Source: Catajapyx aquilonaris (Eukaryota). From it: a stretch of DNA of 64,000 bases. The stretch is taken from NCBI GenBank assembly GCA_000934665.2, contig KZ538001.1:1-64000 (forward strand), written 5' to 3'. How positions within the stretch are numbered: position 1 is the stretch's first letter; the number at the start of each line of letters is the position of its first letter. Both the position numbers and the translations under genes were made by a program. The notes beneath the pieces are model-generated. The model made no database searches. It was given only the letters and a program-made list of their open reading frames with translations, and had not been told where the DNA came from. This document shows positions 12,321 to 25,262 of this stretch, in pieces.

Positions 12321-13652
12321 TTGTAAATCTTCTCATGCGAAACAACACACACGTTTCCAATAGGTAAGTGCCGCTGTGCAACACAAATAAAATCATAATG
12401 ACAAAAATAACCGCAAATTAGTCCAGAACCACCGATTGAACCGACACGTGTTGATCACCTCTCCAGGGTATGTCACATGATCCACTCAGGTGAAGTCTTT
12501 TTGGCACTGGAACAATCCTTATGCCGTGAGCCCGGTTGATTTGTACCAAGAAGTGTGGTTGCCACTAGAGGTGTCACAGTTGGCTTTTCCCCCATCGAAG
12601 GTTGCTAGGGGGAGTGAGAAGGAACTGGGGTTGGCAAATGGCGTGACAAGCCGTGCGCCACAACTTGTCCACAGCAACTGACAACTTGGCGTGTGCATTT
12701 GAATCATAACCCTGCATTTGCTCTTTGCTGATGAGCCCCGGAGCACTTTTACCAGAGACTAGCGAAGTAGGGAAGGGAGAGGGAAGGGAGGGAAAACCGG
12801 GGAGAGATCCATCGTTGGATCCGGCCGCACTTGGTCCACTTCCCACTCGCTCTAATTGGCTCATTTATTTCCCCGGCAAGATTTTTGCTTCCGTCAACTC
12901 TAGTTGGGCTGGCAGATTAAAAACAACACTTTTCTGGATTTACAGCGCGACTGTTGAAAAACTCTGAGACACTCGGTTTATATCATTTGGTGCGACAAAA
13001 TAATCATAACAATAAATCTGGCCGGCACCATTGCAATTCCCATATGACCCAGCCTGTACCTTGTGCGTAGAATAACTAAGAGTATGGATCAAGACGCGTT
13101 GCCGCAGTGCATGGTTGCAGGCATATACACACGAGGGACTACCCCATATCGAAATGGGTTGTGTCGCAGGATATAATGTCAAAGTGCATGCATTTGGCGC
13201 TCATTATCATAGCTCCCTTTTTCCGGATATCACACAAACACAGCACAACTCGTGTGCCCGGGTTCCGCTCGGGGCTTTAATCCGTCACGTTAATTTGGCT
13301 CCTTCAGAATGCTAACGAGATCCCGAGGAGAGATTTTGGCGTTGTGTAAAACGATCTGGTCCTCCCCCGGTACCCTACCTCTCTCTTTTTTTTTTGAACT
13401 GTATCCCTCCGCTTGGCTTGGCCCCGAGGCTTGTTCATTAGTTACACGCATCAATTTGTCAACCTTTAGTTGCACTGTCGGGCTTGACTCTCTCGGGGGA
13501 CTGTGGGTGGGGTGGGAGGACTCGCATGCGTGCGTCTTGTGCAACTTGACAAACGTTTCTTAGAATTTTCTGATTTTGATGCCCAGCATGTGTGACTTTG
13601 ACACGCTCATATCCTGCACCCTAGGCAACCACCCAACCACTCGGAATCTCCC

Positions 13653-14410
13653 TAGGGTGGTTCCGGTAACTCGGGCAAAATTCACAGGGTGGGTAGAGGA
13701 CCCATAGGCAAGTATTTTGAGATTCGGTACACATGTCCGGACATGGTCCCCGTACGGGGGTGCGGCCGTTTCCACTTTTGGTCTGTTGCGAACCTTGCGT
13801 TCATCAGGTGTATCGCGTGTGGAGGAGACGGTGAAAACCAGCCCCCGGACAGTTATACTACATTCTGATATCACACTGCCGGGGCGTTTTGCAGAAGGTG
13901 CTCACTTGAGAGCGCCATGAGACATTTCACTCTCCGGATAAGTGTCGACCCTACCGGACGAGGCTGAACTTTATAGGTACAAAAGGGAAGCGCTACATGC
14001 GGGCCCAAAATGGCCGCCGGCGCCCATGTTGGGTCCCCCAATGTAGCGCTTCCCTTTTGTACCTATAAAGTTCAGCCTAGACCGGTAGGGTCGCCACTTA
14101 TCCGGAGAGTGGCGCTCTCAAGTGAGCACCTTCTGCAAAACGCCCCGGCAGGGGGTAGGTGGGAGTGTCCAGACCTGTCTTTCTATGACCATGGTAAAAA
14201 CAATTGCGAGTGTTAAGTGCAAAACCTGATGAACGCAACCTTCGAGTACGATGGGTTGCCTACCCACCAGGCGCAACATACTAAAGGTGGAAACGGCCGT
14301 ACGCGGTACGGGGGCATTTCCGGACATGGGTACCGCAGCTCAAAATACTTGCCTATGGGGCCTCTACCGACCTAGTTGTGATTTTGGCCAGAGTTAGCGG
14401 ATCCACCCTG
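13653..14410. mobile_element. ~760-bp foldback (whole-length palindromic) MITE with CAGGGTG-type termini
   Basis: (T)AGGGTGGTTCCGGTAACTC...GAGTTAGCGGATCCACCCTG|TA. The arms pair over most of their length (e.g. CCATAGGCAAGTATTTTGAG/CTCAAAATACTTGCCTATGG), centre ~14018. Confidence 0.9.
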
Positions 14411-16111
14411 TATAAAGAGATGTACCGATTTGCATAGGCCAAATTGTATATGGCCAAAAATTGGGCAAACAAGTAGAGCATAGTGTAGGCTTAATAGACT
14501 AATGTGATGTACCGCGGCCCTGTATCCTTCATAGAGGCCGGTCAAGTAATGGAGCATGCGTGATTGGGGCTTGACACATGAGTAGGCGGGAGAAGGATTA
14601 ATTTGGCATGACCAGCAGGGCGGCGGAGAATGTGATGTGATGCGATGGGATAGGAAATCGAAATGTGTCCACCCCCCTAGTCCTCCCGCCATCTTTTTTT
14701 TTCTTTTTGCAACACAATCCAACGCCGATCAACAGATGGCCTCCGGTTCAAACGGTCCAAGAGCGGTCATGATTTATCGCCAACAATCCAATTCATCGAT
14801 CTGGACCACAAGCAACTTCTTTTGCGAGTTCACCTCGATGCTGCTTTTTCAATTTGGAACCAGGACCCTCCCCTCCAGCTTTTTCCTTCTTTCCTTTTTT
14901 TTCTCTTCAAGATTTGCTCCATCAAGTCTCAGTGGCCATCTGACGGATGGGCCACAAGTGCCAGGTTTTTGAGATGGCGGCCTCGCACTTTTGGGTCTCA
15001 CGCAAAATGTCAATTGGCGAATTGGACCGAGTTGACAGTGTTGAAGCTAAGGGTGTGGTGGTAAAGAAAGAATAGATGTCTTTTCCAGGGCTGGTGTTTA
15101 GGGCCACGGTTGGCTGACGTGAGGAATGAAAGTAGCGTCCAAAGTTACTTCCGAGTCGAATCTTTCTTTCCGCGCTCTACCCTCGTTTCCTACCCCCCAC
15201 AGCTTCCGTCTTCTGGAGCTGCCAGTCATCATTTGCATTCTCAAATCCCCAAAGTGCTTCTTGCCACGGGGCAAACTAGAACTGCCCACAAATGCAATTA
15301 TCCCTCATGTTTAATGCCATTATGGAAGTATAGGCACTAGTAATAACTCTTCAATATTTCTACAAGATGGCGCTCTCTGTACCAGCCATCCCCCTGAACT
15401 GATTACAAACGGCCTAGCCTCTCCCTCAGGCGTCAAAATTGGCCAAATCCGACTCTTTGGAGTGACTTGTATGGCGGATATGACGCAAGCGCTGGAGCGA
15501 TGCAGATGGAGGGCCGGCTGTCACTTGGCACGCCCAACTAATGAATTTAGCTGAGATCTGCTTAGCCGGGGATTATTCTGGCTGATTCCCTACTGCAGCA
15601 CCAGCCCCACTGAACTAAGTCGCAGGGAACAAATTCCATTTTCCCTCATCTCCGAATGAGCCCTGGAGTCAGTTGTGCACCGTGGATGGATGTGACTTTA
15701 CACTGATTCTACCCCCGCCTCTCCCCACCTAAAAAAAAAAGGAGGCGGAAAAGAGGGGGGAGCGTCCTCTGTTGTTTACCAAACAAGTCAGCTAGGTTGT
15801 GTTGTTTAGCGAGCGGTAATTCGGAGCGCCCTTATCGAGAGTTGCCCTAATCGAGGCAATTTTGCGAGCGAAAGCGAGTGTTGTGTGTTGTCCTTTGATG
15901 GCAAGTGCAGGCGAGCGAGCATTGGAATAGAGCTGAAAAATGCGGGCAGGGCAGTAGTAGCACCATGGTATAATATGTGTGTGCACGGTGGGGTATGTGC
16001 AGCCTGCACCAGTGTCGCTTGATTGAAAGCTGGGCGGAAGCTGGCCATATCTGACGCAATTTGATTGTCCGGCCATTTTTTTTCGTCAAGAGATGGCGTG
16101 GGTGTGGCCGA

Positions 16112-16601
16112 TGGTTGCCGGACAACTGGCTGCCGGTCATTTGGCTGCCGTGCCATTTGATAAGCAACTAAAAGGCAGCATCCATGGTCTTAGAATACTA
16201 AGGTCTGGACCAGCCTACGGACACTACCCCTATCTTCTGGGCTTATCACCTGCCGAGGGATTACGCACCGGGTGCTCACTTCAGACCGCCACGAGACATT
16301 TCCCAGAGCTATCATGTGGCGACCCTACCGGACTAAGGCTGAACTTTACAGGTACGAAAGGGGAGGGCTACATTGGGTGGCCCAACATGGCCGGCGGCGG
16401 CCATGTTGGGCCAGCATGTAGCCACCCTTTCGTACCTGTAAAGTTCAGCCTTAGTCCGGTAGGGTCGCCACATAATAGAGCGGTGAAAGATCTCATGGCG
16501 CTCTCAGGTGAGCATCTCATGCAAAACGCCCCGGCAGCTGATAAGATAAGATTGTAGGGGAAGTGTCCGGGGGCTGGCAGCATCCAAATGACCGGCAGCC
16601 A
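16112..16601. mobile_element. Outer inverted-repeat element with 15-bp subrepeats enclosing the second foldback copy
   Basis: 18-bp perfect IR TGGCTGCCGGTCATTTGG (16127-16144) / CCAAATGACCGGCAGCCA (16584-16601). Three 15-bp TGG(T/C)TGCCG units at 16112-16156. Confidence 0.55.
16218..16569. mobile_element. Second copy (core only) of the foldback family at 13653-14410
   Basis: Shares CGACCCTACCGGAC..AGGCTGAACTTTA.AGGTAC and TGCAAAACGCCCCGGCAG with copy 1; self-complementary around ~16395. Confidence 0.85.
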
Positions 16602-19600
16602 AAAGTCGTAGATTCAGTCAGTCGTGAAGCGGCCTCGCAGGAGGCTAGTAGGCAAAGATAGCCTAAGCAGGACAGATCTCACAATTTTTTTAAAAAAAAT
16701 GAGCTGGGACGGTGCAGAGCAGTCTTGAGTAACTAACCTCCGTGACAAACTGGGTTACTCTTTCCGGCATGGCGGCGAATGACATTAGCCGTGGGAGGAA
16801 TTTCTTCATCGGTGCACTAGTACTTTGAATATGGAAGACATGCTTCTTGACTTTGCAAACTCCCTGAATAGATTAGTAGGAAGATGCAACGTGGTGCAAG
16901 GGGTGCAGTAGGGAAAATAGTGCAGTAGTTTGGGGGCCGCCAGCCAGCCTGGTAATGAAAATTATTAAAGCATGGGGTGGGGTGAGGAGGAGGGGTTAGG
17001 AAGGAAAGGAGTGATGGGCCGAGAGAGGGTTATTGCGTTCATTTTGGAGAGGGGCCAGTTGCTTTTTGGCGTGCCAAAGGTGGAGCTTCACTAACCCCTG
17101 GCTTCAGAGCGATTCCGCATTTGAGCACTCAGATGGGAAATGGGATTAGGAGCCTGGAGATTGGATTCGGAAATTATAGCCACTAGATTTCGTCATTTCA
17201 AATCGCCCTCAAGTCAAGGTGAATTGCACTCATGCTGAGGGCTAATAGACTTCTGGCGATTATATGGCGGTCATTTTCTCTCTCGTGTGTGTGGGGCCAG
17301 TTTTTGACACACACGGTGCTTGCACCTGCCTTGGAGAAAAACGACGTACCGTTTGGGCGGGCAAACCAAATAATGCCGGCCGTATCTTGTTGATGATCGG
17401 GCGTTTCGTGCATGTTGTTTATTATTGACATCCTCGGTGATTGGTTGGTGCGCTTTGTGAGCTTTCAATGCCTCATTCAAAAGGTAATGGGCTGGGAGGA
17501 TTAGTAATTAATAGCATTTATCGTGTTCACAGGGGTGATAAAATAAGCCAATCAAAGTAGTTGCGAGCACAAATATTTGGTTAGGTGACTGGTGTTGATG
17601 GTCAAATTTGATGTCGTGGGTGCAGCTCTGCCGCATATTATTTGCCTTGCCCGCCAAGTGGGTAGGAGTGGGTGCTTCCAAATGGTAGAAATCTGCTGCA
17701 GGCAATTCGGCTGAGACAATAAGCTACCGTACATATAGTGGGCGGGAATGCTGACAGCTGGACTCTGTCTTGCCAGCGGTCTGCCTTGATTTATACCGGA
17801 TGGACGGGAGCAAATATAGTCTGGATATACCCAACCAAATGTCCAGAAACGGCTAAGTTTAACCTGGTTGTATGGACAGCCTGTTCATTTTTTGAGGGGA
17901 GGACCAGAATGGTGCCAATATCGGAAATTGCGGATCCACAGCTTATGGTGTCATCAGTGCGTGAGGTGGCGCCCCCTTTTTGGCGTAATTCATTCAGCAA
18001 CCCCCCCACAGCAACCACGCCCTCCCTGCACACAGTATCACAAACAACCTTTAATTGGTCTCCATCCTTTTTGGCAGCCGTGTTAATTAATGGACGTCAT
18101 ATGCTGGCGACATCTGATGCTAGTAAGATAGCAGTCATCGTTATTTTACCCCTGATTTGCCTAATGCAAATGTTGATCGGTCGCATCAATCAGACTTGAC
18201 TGATGTGCAGCTGCACTACAAAGTGAATCATGCACCAAGGGTAATGATATTAATTTGACACCATGTTTTTTTCGTAACATTAATTGCAACGGTGGGGGTT
18301 GAACCTTGGAATATAAACGTTACATGTCGGCTTATCGAGTGGGTTGGGTCCACTCGAGACTTAAGCACCACGTAATGTGTGTGAAAAAACTGCCAAGAGA
18401 TGGCGTGGACGGAGGGTGTGGCGAGCCTGGGGGAGGCTAGGAGATGTATCAGTCGGGAGATGGTCTAAGACAAGGCTAGTCTGATGAATACGCGCAAAGG
18501 GGCGAAGCCCCATAGCCGAGCGCAGCGAATCTGATGAATATGTTGGTATACCTGTATTATTTGAGCGACTCTGTGGTCAGGTCAGATCTCACAGAAAAAC
18601 AATCCGGGACCCGCTAGTTTCACTTGATCGGCATAACATGCCCTGGTGCATTAAATCACGATTGCGCCGAACCAATCGAGCGAGTCATGGCTGATTTGAA
18701 ACGCTGCGTAAATATACACAACCCTTCGGTGTCCTACAATCGGAATACAATTGACGAGTGTTACCGCGCGTATGTACATGCCAATCAACACGCATATATT
18801 CCTGAAAATGCCCCCCGGAATATTCGCCAACCTGATCGATCTGCAGGGCCGAATATAACCAATCGTCATCAAGGCGCATCCTATAGGCTATACACACCCG
18901 GGCCTAGAGTAAATTGTCCAGTAACACTAGGAGCGCCGTAAAAAACCAGGTTTATTGCCAGCAGTACCAGACTGCAACTGAGATTGTGAGCAAGGCCTGC
19001 ATGCGTCGAGTACATAGTAAAAGGTGAATCTTGAGATCAGTCGGCAGTGGTGTGAGAAATGAGCTTTTTCCTAGGGGGCAATGGGTAAAAGAAATGATGG
19101 CAGCTGTGTAGCCTCTACCTGGTATTGTCTTCTCTAGGTGGAGGAAGCTCCTAAGACTTGTGAGGATAAGCCAACAGCAGTATAGGGCTGCCAGGAATCA
19201 GCTTGAGCAGATAATTTCATTTGCTCGTCCAGGGGCTTTACGAGGCCTCGTCGGATCCATGCCGGCTATTCGCCTACCCATTTCCGTCCCAGTACATAAT
19301 ATGTGGATTATACAACTAGAGTCCGGTGAATGGAGGTTTCTTTTATTGGTTGACTCACCCACCCAATGTCGAAGTATGCAAAGTGGCAAAATTGGGATGG
19401 GTTAATCAGACAATTCCCCTTAGAGCAAGAGTCGATTTATTGATCCAGCTACAGTATTTCCCACGAATAAGTCATTTCGGGGCTAATTGGTTATTTATGT
19501 GGTTATCTGCAAGGATGGGGGTTTGTGTGGAGGGATCAACAATTCATGGCTTCACTTATGATGTGATGAGGGCAAAGAGCGGTCTCCCCCCCCCTCCCAC

Positions 19601-21747
19601 CCCACAACAAGGCAGCCTACTTGTCGAGCATTATCTGGGCGCGGCTATCAGTGTAATTTTCGTAAACGACATTGGACACTTGGGTCTGGTTCCATGGTCG
19701 GACCCCGTGTGTGAAATACTGCCCTATACAGGTTGGCACGGCCGCGATGAATGTCCCGACCGCGTCGTTGTGTACCAAATTATGTCCCCGTGTCCAGTCC
19801 CAATCGTGTCAAACGCTGTGTGACGTCCTGCTAGCAAATACAACCTTCATTCAACATGACTGCCCCCCAAAAAAAACTGCGCATCAAAGGACAAGCATAG
19901 TGAGGGAATTTTTTTATTTTGCATAGACAGCAGAGCTAGCAACAGTGTTGTTTTTTGCAAATTATAGCTGCTATTGGCAATATCATATCCGGGCTTGGCC
20001 ACATTGTTGCCATATTTAATATCGGGTTGACGTTGGAATGATGAATTTTGGGAGGGTCGTAAGATGAGGATGTGTGGCGGAGGCCGCAATTCACATCAAA
20101 GTGAGGAGGCTTTATTTTTAAAACTTTCCAGACGTTATTTTTTTCAGCCGTTTTTTATGGCTCCCAGGGCCGAAACTGGAATACTGCCGGATAGCTTATT
20201 TCATCGGCTACCCAGCAGTAATGCCAAAGTTGATAAGCGACCAAAACTCTAAGCTGTAGAAAGTGTGTCGGACAGGTCGACTTGCTCAAAGAAGAATTAT
20301 CGGAGGCCTGAATGATACCATCTATTTTTAATACACACGTGACTGGCAAGAGGTAGAAAGGAATTCTGGATGCTTATGAGCTCCGTTTCTTGTTACGCAT
20401 TTGTTATTCTGCAGAAGTTGGGAGTCTGGCTACTAGATGGCGTGAATCCGGTGCGGACTTGGAAGGAGGCGTGCAGCTTTGTAATATGTGCTGTGGTAGC
20501 CTAACTCGAGGCTAAGCTGAATAAACATGTTGTGGTAAAATCCAATGTAATCGCAAAAAAAATGGGTGCCATATCCTACAGAGTAAGTGCTGGATTATTC
20601 TAGTACAGTTGAAGTGAGTGAGTAAACCCGCGCAGCTTTTATGATACAGAGGACAGTATAGAGTGTTCGCAGTGAACATTCCAGGTCTAATGCATATCAG
20701 GAAGACTGGTAGTGTCCGTATTCCGGCATAACTATAGTCGTAAAAGGTGGCAGGGGCAGGCGCAAGTCCGTTTGCTTCAGCTGCATTGTAGCAGCGAGTT
20801 GAGAGTAGGCTTTATAACTTGAATGCATTGTAGGCGAGCGTAGTTAGCTCGGCGTGGCCTAAACGCGCAGCTTTAGGAAATCCCTCTAACTGAAAGGCTT
20901 CTTTTCTCGCTAGACTCAGAAACGGAGGGAAGTTGTAATAAAGCCAGAAACGGGTTTTTGGGCGGCGATGAAGGGGGATTTAGCTTTTAAGCCAATCCTC
21001 CCTATAAATGTCGGATTGGGACAAACAGCGTGGTGTAAATCTTTGGCTAAGTTCTGTAGCTTTCGGTAAGCAAATGGTGTCGGAATGTGTGAAGAAGCCA
21101 AACTGCATTTAATCGCCGATTTAATTTCATCCCCGCACCTGAGAAACTATCTCATGATTGTTGTTCAACCCCCTCCCTTCCTTTGCCGCCCCTCGAATTT
21201 CGCAAGGAGCTTTACAGGCTTTATCCTTGGTCTCACTCTAGTACGTGAGTAGCAGGCTGATCACTTCCGACTAAAGGTAGTCTACCCCAGTGCCTATAAC
21301 TGGGTCCTTGGCGCGCGTTCCTGCAATGGTCGCGAGGTGAAATAATTAAATTCTTATCTCTCGCACCAGATTCCGTTTGTCCTTTCCGAAGTGTCGCCAA
21401 AGACCGCTGCGTGGCAACAGTGCACTAAATCTGAGTTGACGACTCTTGCTGCTAGCACTAGCTACAAAACGTGGATTTGAAGATGCCTAATGCCTGATAA
21501 CGACCACACGCTTTTTACCTATTAGGCCTGATGTAGCACTTGGCATTTTTAGTACTCATACTCCTGTTTAACCCAAATGGTGTGGCCAAACGGGCAATAT
21601 TAATCCAAGCGAAACGAATATGCTATTTTACGCATACGCATGCGTGGGCGCGTGCGCACAGCTGATCGTGACCATTGTAGGGAATTGACCGGAATTGACC
21701 TAAAAATTATAAACACAAATGTAAAATTCGTGTAATATATTAATATG

Positions 21748-22137
21748 ATTTTTTTGTTATCCCCGCGCTAGAGCCCTAGGCCTCTTAGGGGAGTGGAATA
21801 CCACCATTTGTGCAGGGGACAGGATAGGGATAATGAGGGGGGGGGGTGCAAGTTAAATGTCATCAAGTTAGAGGTCGTGTGCAGTCCCCCAGGGGGTCAG
21901 GTTACAAGACAACCCCCTAGGTGCGGGTCAGAAACTCGACACCGCACCTCCTCCTGGGCAGGGAAGGGAAGGAAGCGGCTGTGGCCTATTTTATGGTACG
22001 ATCCCGGAATTTTTCCTGGGGCGACCTTGGAAAACCACAGAAAACCAAGGTCAGGATCGCCGGCCTCCGGGACTCCAACCCAGGACCTCCCGATTAGCAG
22101 TCGGACACCATATCCACTCCACGACTACTGCTTCGGT
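21748..22137 (-). mobile_element. Full-length tRNA-derived SINE with TSD
   Basis: Head and body homologous to 4541-4735; oligo-A tail; perfect 11-bp TSD ATATTAATATG at 21737-21747 and 22138-22148. Confidence 0.92.
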
Positions 22138-22329
22138 ATATTAATATGGATTAAATTAATAGAAAGATGGCGTAACTTCCTTATAGGGAGTACTGACGGT
22201 TGTACGAAACTTTTGACGTACAGTAGGTAGTTGCGAGAGTTCCATGAGGGTATAAATACTAAAATGTGCGTAAATGTCAGCTAAATTTACGTGTCAGATA
22301 TTTCCACCAATTTCAAATGATACTTGGAC

Positions 22330-22800
22330 CAATAGTGTGGAATGGACGTATGGGAAGCACCAGCTTGTTCCCAAAGGAACCGGATTTTCTCCCCTCTCAG
22401 AAGAAAAGGGCGTAAGTTATAGCGTAGGGAAAGTGTAAGCTGCTTCTCTGGCCTAGCCAATTGGTACGCAGGAACACGCACTGGGGCTCAGATATGGAGC
22501 TAGAATTTTTAGAGCGACAGATATTGGCAAAGAACGCACGCTCGTTTCCCCCCCTCTCAACCAACGTGACCCCAGCGCACTTGGATATATTTCGTTAATG
22601 TCAAATGAGGCCGTAATGCATACCAAGGGTAGCAAGTGGCGGATGGCGCAAGTCGCCGACTGGGCTGACATTCTCACCGTCAAGTTATGAATGTTGATTT
22701 GTAGGCTGCATGGAAGTGCTGGCAGCCCGGCTACTTCTCGACTTGGAAGCGCCACGGCTCCTAGATTAGAATATAATATGGAAACATGGGGACAAAAGAG
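22330..22800 (-). mobile_element. Decayed Penelope-like RT fragment
   Basis: LVCITASFDINEIYPS resembles motif A SFDVxSLYxxI, followed by LTLSLRYN..FLLRGEK, resembling LCLxxNYFxFNGK. Confidence 0.55.
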
Positions 22801-24949
22801 GAGGGCAGGCAGGCTGGATTCTGCCAGAACCAGGTGTATATGCAGCATCTAGTTAACGGGTGTCGCCAAAGTCATCCACCACTAATCGATGCCACGTCTA
22901 GAATACAGGGAGAGTGCTTTATATTATTGAACTCCATGAAATATTTATTAGAGAACGTTGTTACTGGTAAAGGCCCATAGCTGTTAAAGAGAGTGGCAGG
23001 CTATACAGTAGCATGTACGTTTAAAGCGCCTGAAAAATTCCCCCTTGTAAGTGGTGGAAATTAATGGATAAGTACAAGTATCGCCGCCTGGCGGTGATTT
23101 TACTTTGCATGAAGATCCATTAATTTCCACCACTGTACTACTTACAATGCAATGTGGGGAGTACAGTAGCACAGGTATAGAATGACGTGTCTCATACTTG
23201 GATGTATGAGTCGAAGCGAAACCAAGAGGGATGTGCAGTGGACCTTACGGCTAATATAATTGGCGTCGTCATGTGAGGCCTAATGTGTCGCAAGTTTTAT
23301 TCCGGTCATCCGCGGTGGGATATGATCCCCATATTCGATTGCGGTTGGAGACCTATGCCGCAGAATTAATGTAACGGTGCCTACAAAATTTTTGAGTGTG
23401 TCTTGCGGTACAGGATTCCAACCCAACCTGGTTCTACTCGTTTGCTTCCTCCTGGGTTTCATTACAGTAGAGATGTAAATGATGGATCATTAAGTTGGCA
23501 AGATGTAGGCGAGAGAAGGAAAAAGAGGTCCATGTAAAGGAATAAGCCGTGAAATGATTGTGCAATCATGATTCGCTTTTATCTAGTGCTTTTTACTAGT
23601 AAGTGAATAGTGTTTGGAGAACGCCCTTTAGAATTTCATGGCAGAATTTATTTTTCATTTTCCCTTCCTAGACTGGAAGGCCCTGCTATGTCCCAGAGGG
23701 AGGGACCTGATTATTTGTCTTTGGAGTTTTTACGTGGCAGCGCAGTAATGAGGACAAGTTTCTGGGTAACGATGCAGTCTCACAAAAGGCATTCATTTCC
23801 AGATCCGTTTCTTTAAAAAACCCCTCCTCCTGTGTGTTGTCGCATTATTTGGAGTGCTGCATGCATTGGCGGACAACGTGTCAGATTATATATGTGGATT
23901 CGGAAAGGTCGCAGTACTTATTGGACGACAGCTTTAGGAGTCCGGTAGAGCGAGTCGGTTCTGCCTCATGCTTCTTCGCTGCATGTGACTCTGCGGGCTT
24001 TGGTTTTCTACTGCCCTCGCCTTCCGCTTCTTCACTTGTAATAGCCCACTATGCTAAAGATGGTTTTATCATATCGTGACAGTGGAGTAACATCTAGCAT
24101 AAACTTTTCTACAACATTTTAGAAGAATCTAATAGTGTCCACTAAAAAATACAATGTAAATTTAGACGATTAATCTGATTATTAAAAATGGATGCGGTAG
24201 TTAGAAGCGGGGAATTTAAATTCAGGGAGAACAGTATGGCACTTTAACAGGATTACGTCGTTTTAAAAACCTGTAGGGGATTACACGTTGGTTAAACACG
24301 AAGCTAACCTCCCTACATCCCACTCCAGCACCTTCCTACTAATAATCCGCACCGGTAGCGCTTAGCTTTTGCGTGCAAAAAAGTGCATATCCCGTATGCA
24401 ACACCATGACCCGAGCATGCGTCGTCTTCCTAACTCTTGTGCACTGGAAATTGCGAGACACAGACAGTTCTTTGTCACAAGTTGCTTCAAAATGAGTCGT
24501 CTGGCTTGAGGAAACCGGTTATTCCGGCCTTACCATAAAATAACTGTAACTTGTGTAGAACTCTGGCCATATCAGAGTGAAAACTGCTTCAAAACCCACA
24601 TACGTTAGGGACGAGTAAATGTTGCGGTGTCATAGATACGGTACCATTTGTGGCATTTCCAGACAGGACCACATGGAAGCAGGCCTGTCTAGGCCTGGCT
24701 CGTCCCCCCACACATATTGCAATATTAATAAGTTATTGGATTACCGAAGTCACGCACATAACGTCCCAAGTGATATTGGCTGGTATAGAATTGCTGTATA
24801 AGTTGGAGTAAGACACATCTGTAGCTATATAGCGCATAATCTAGGAAATGCCCCAGTTGTTTGTCTACAGCACATACACCGGTATAGAATCGAGAAGTTG
24901 TTTGGGCCCAGCACTAAAACCGATCTGATGGTTGAGTGGAATGACAGTC

Positions 24950-25262
24950 ATAGCTGGATGGTTGTGCTGTAGCGCAAGTTTGTAGCCTATTCTCTTCCGG
25001 CTGAATGGGGGGGCTTAGAACGTATTGGAGGGCGGGCAAGTGCGACACAGGTGTGGCGCAGCTACCGTCGCTTCTAATTATTGGAGTGGAGGCTACCAAT
25101 AGCTGTAAAGCTCACGAATGTACATTCGCTACCGCTGAAAGGGAAACCTAATTCTCTCCTTGGCGTGATAGTACTTGGCGGGTTAATAGCTGTCAGGGGA
25201 GCCCTGCCGCTGCTTCTTGGCTTGTTAAGTCTCTGATACAGATACGGGTACCTATACCCCAA
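24950..25262 (-). mobile_element. Decayed Penelope-like RT fragment
   Basis: PYLYQRLNKPRSSGRAPLTAIN (like PxLYGLPKIHKxxxPLRPIVS) and ECTFVSFTAIGSLHSN (like LVSFDVxSLFTN). Confidence 0.55.

Noticed and set aside
12345..12369. AG|GTAAGT as a second recursive splice site
   Set aside because: Weak polypyrimidine tract, and it sits next to transposon debris, so chance is likely.
16093..16557. 154-aa ORF
   Set aside because: Lies wholly within a palindromic non-coding element.
18481..18540. Tandem CTGATGA as hammerhead or C/D-box RNA
   Set aside because: No GAAA with stems II/III; better described as an 11-bp direct repeat.
24600..24800. RTE-like scrap (TICGISRQDH) and a similar one at ~20.1 kb
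   Set aside because: Single short motifs, too weak to list as features.
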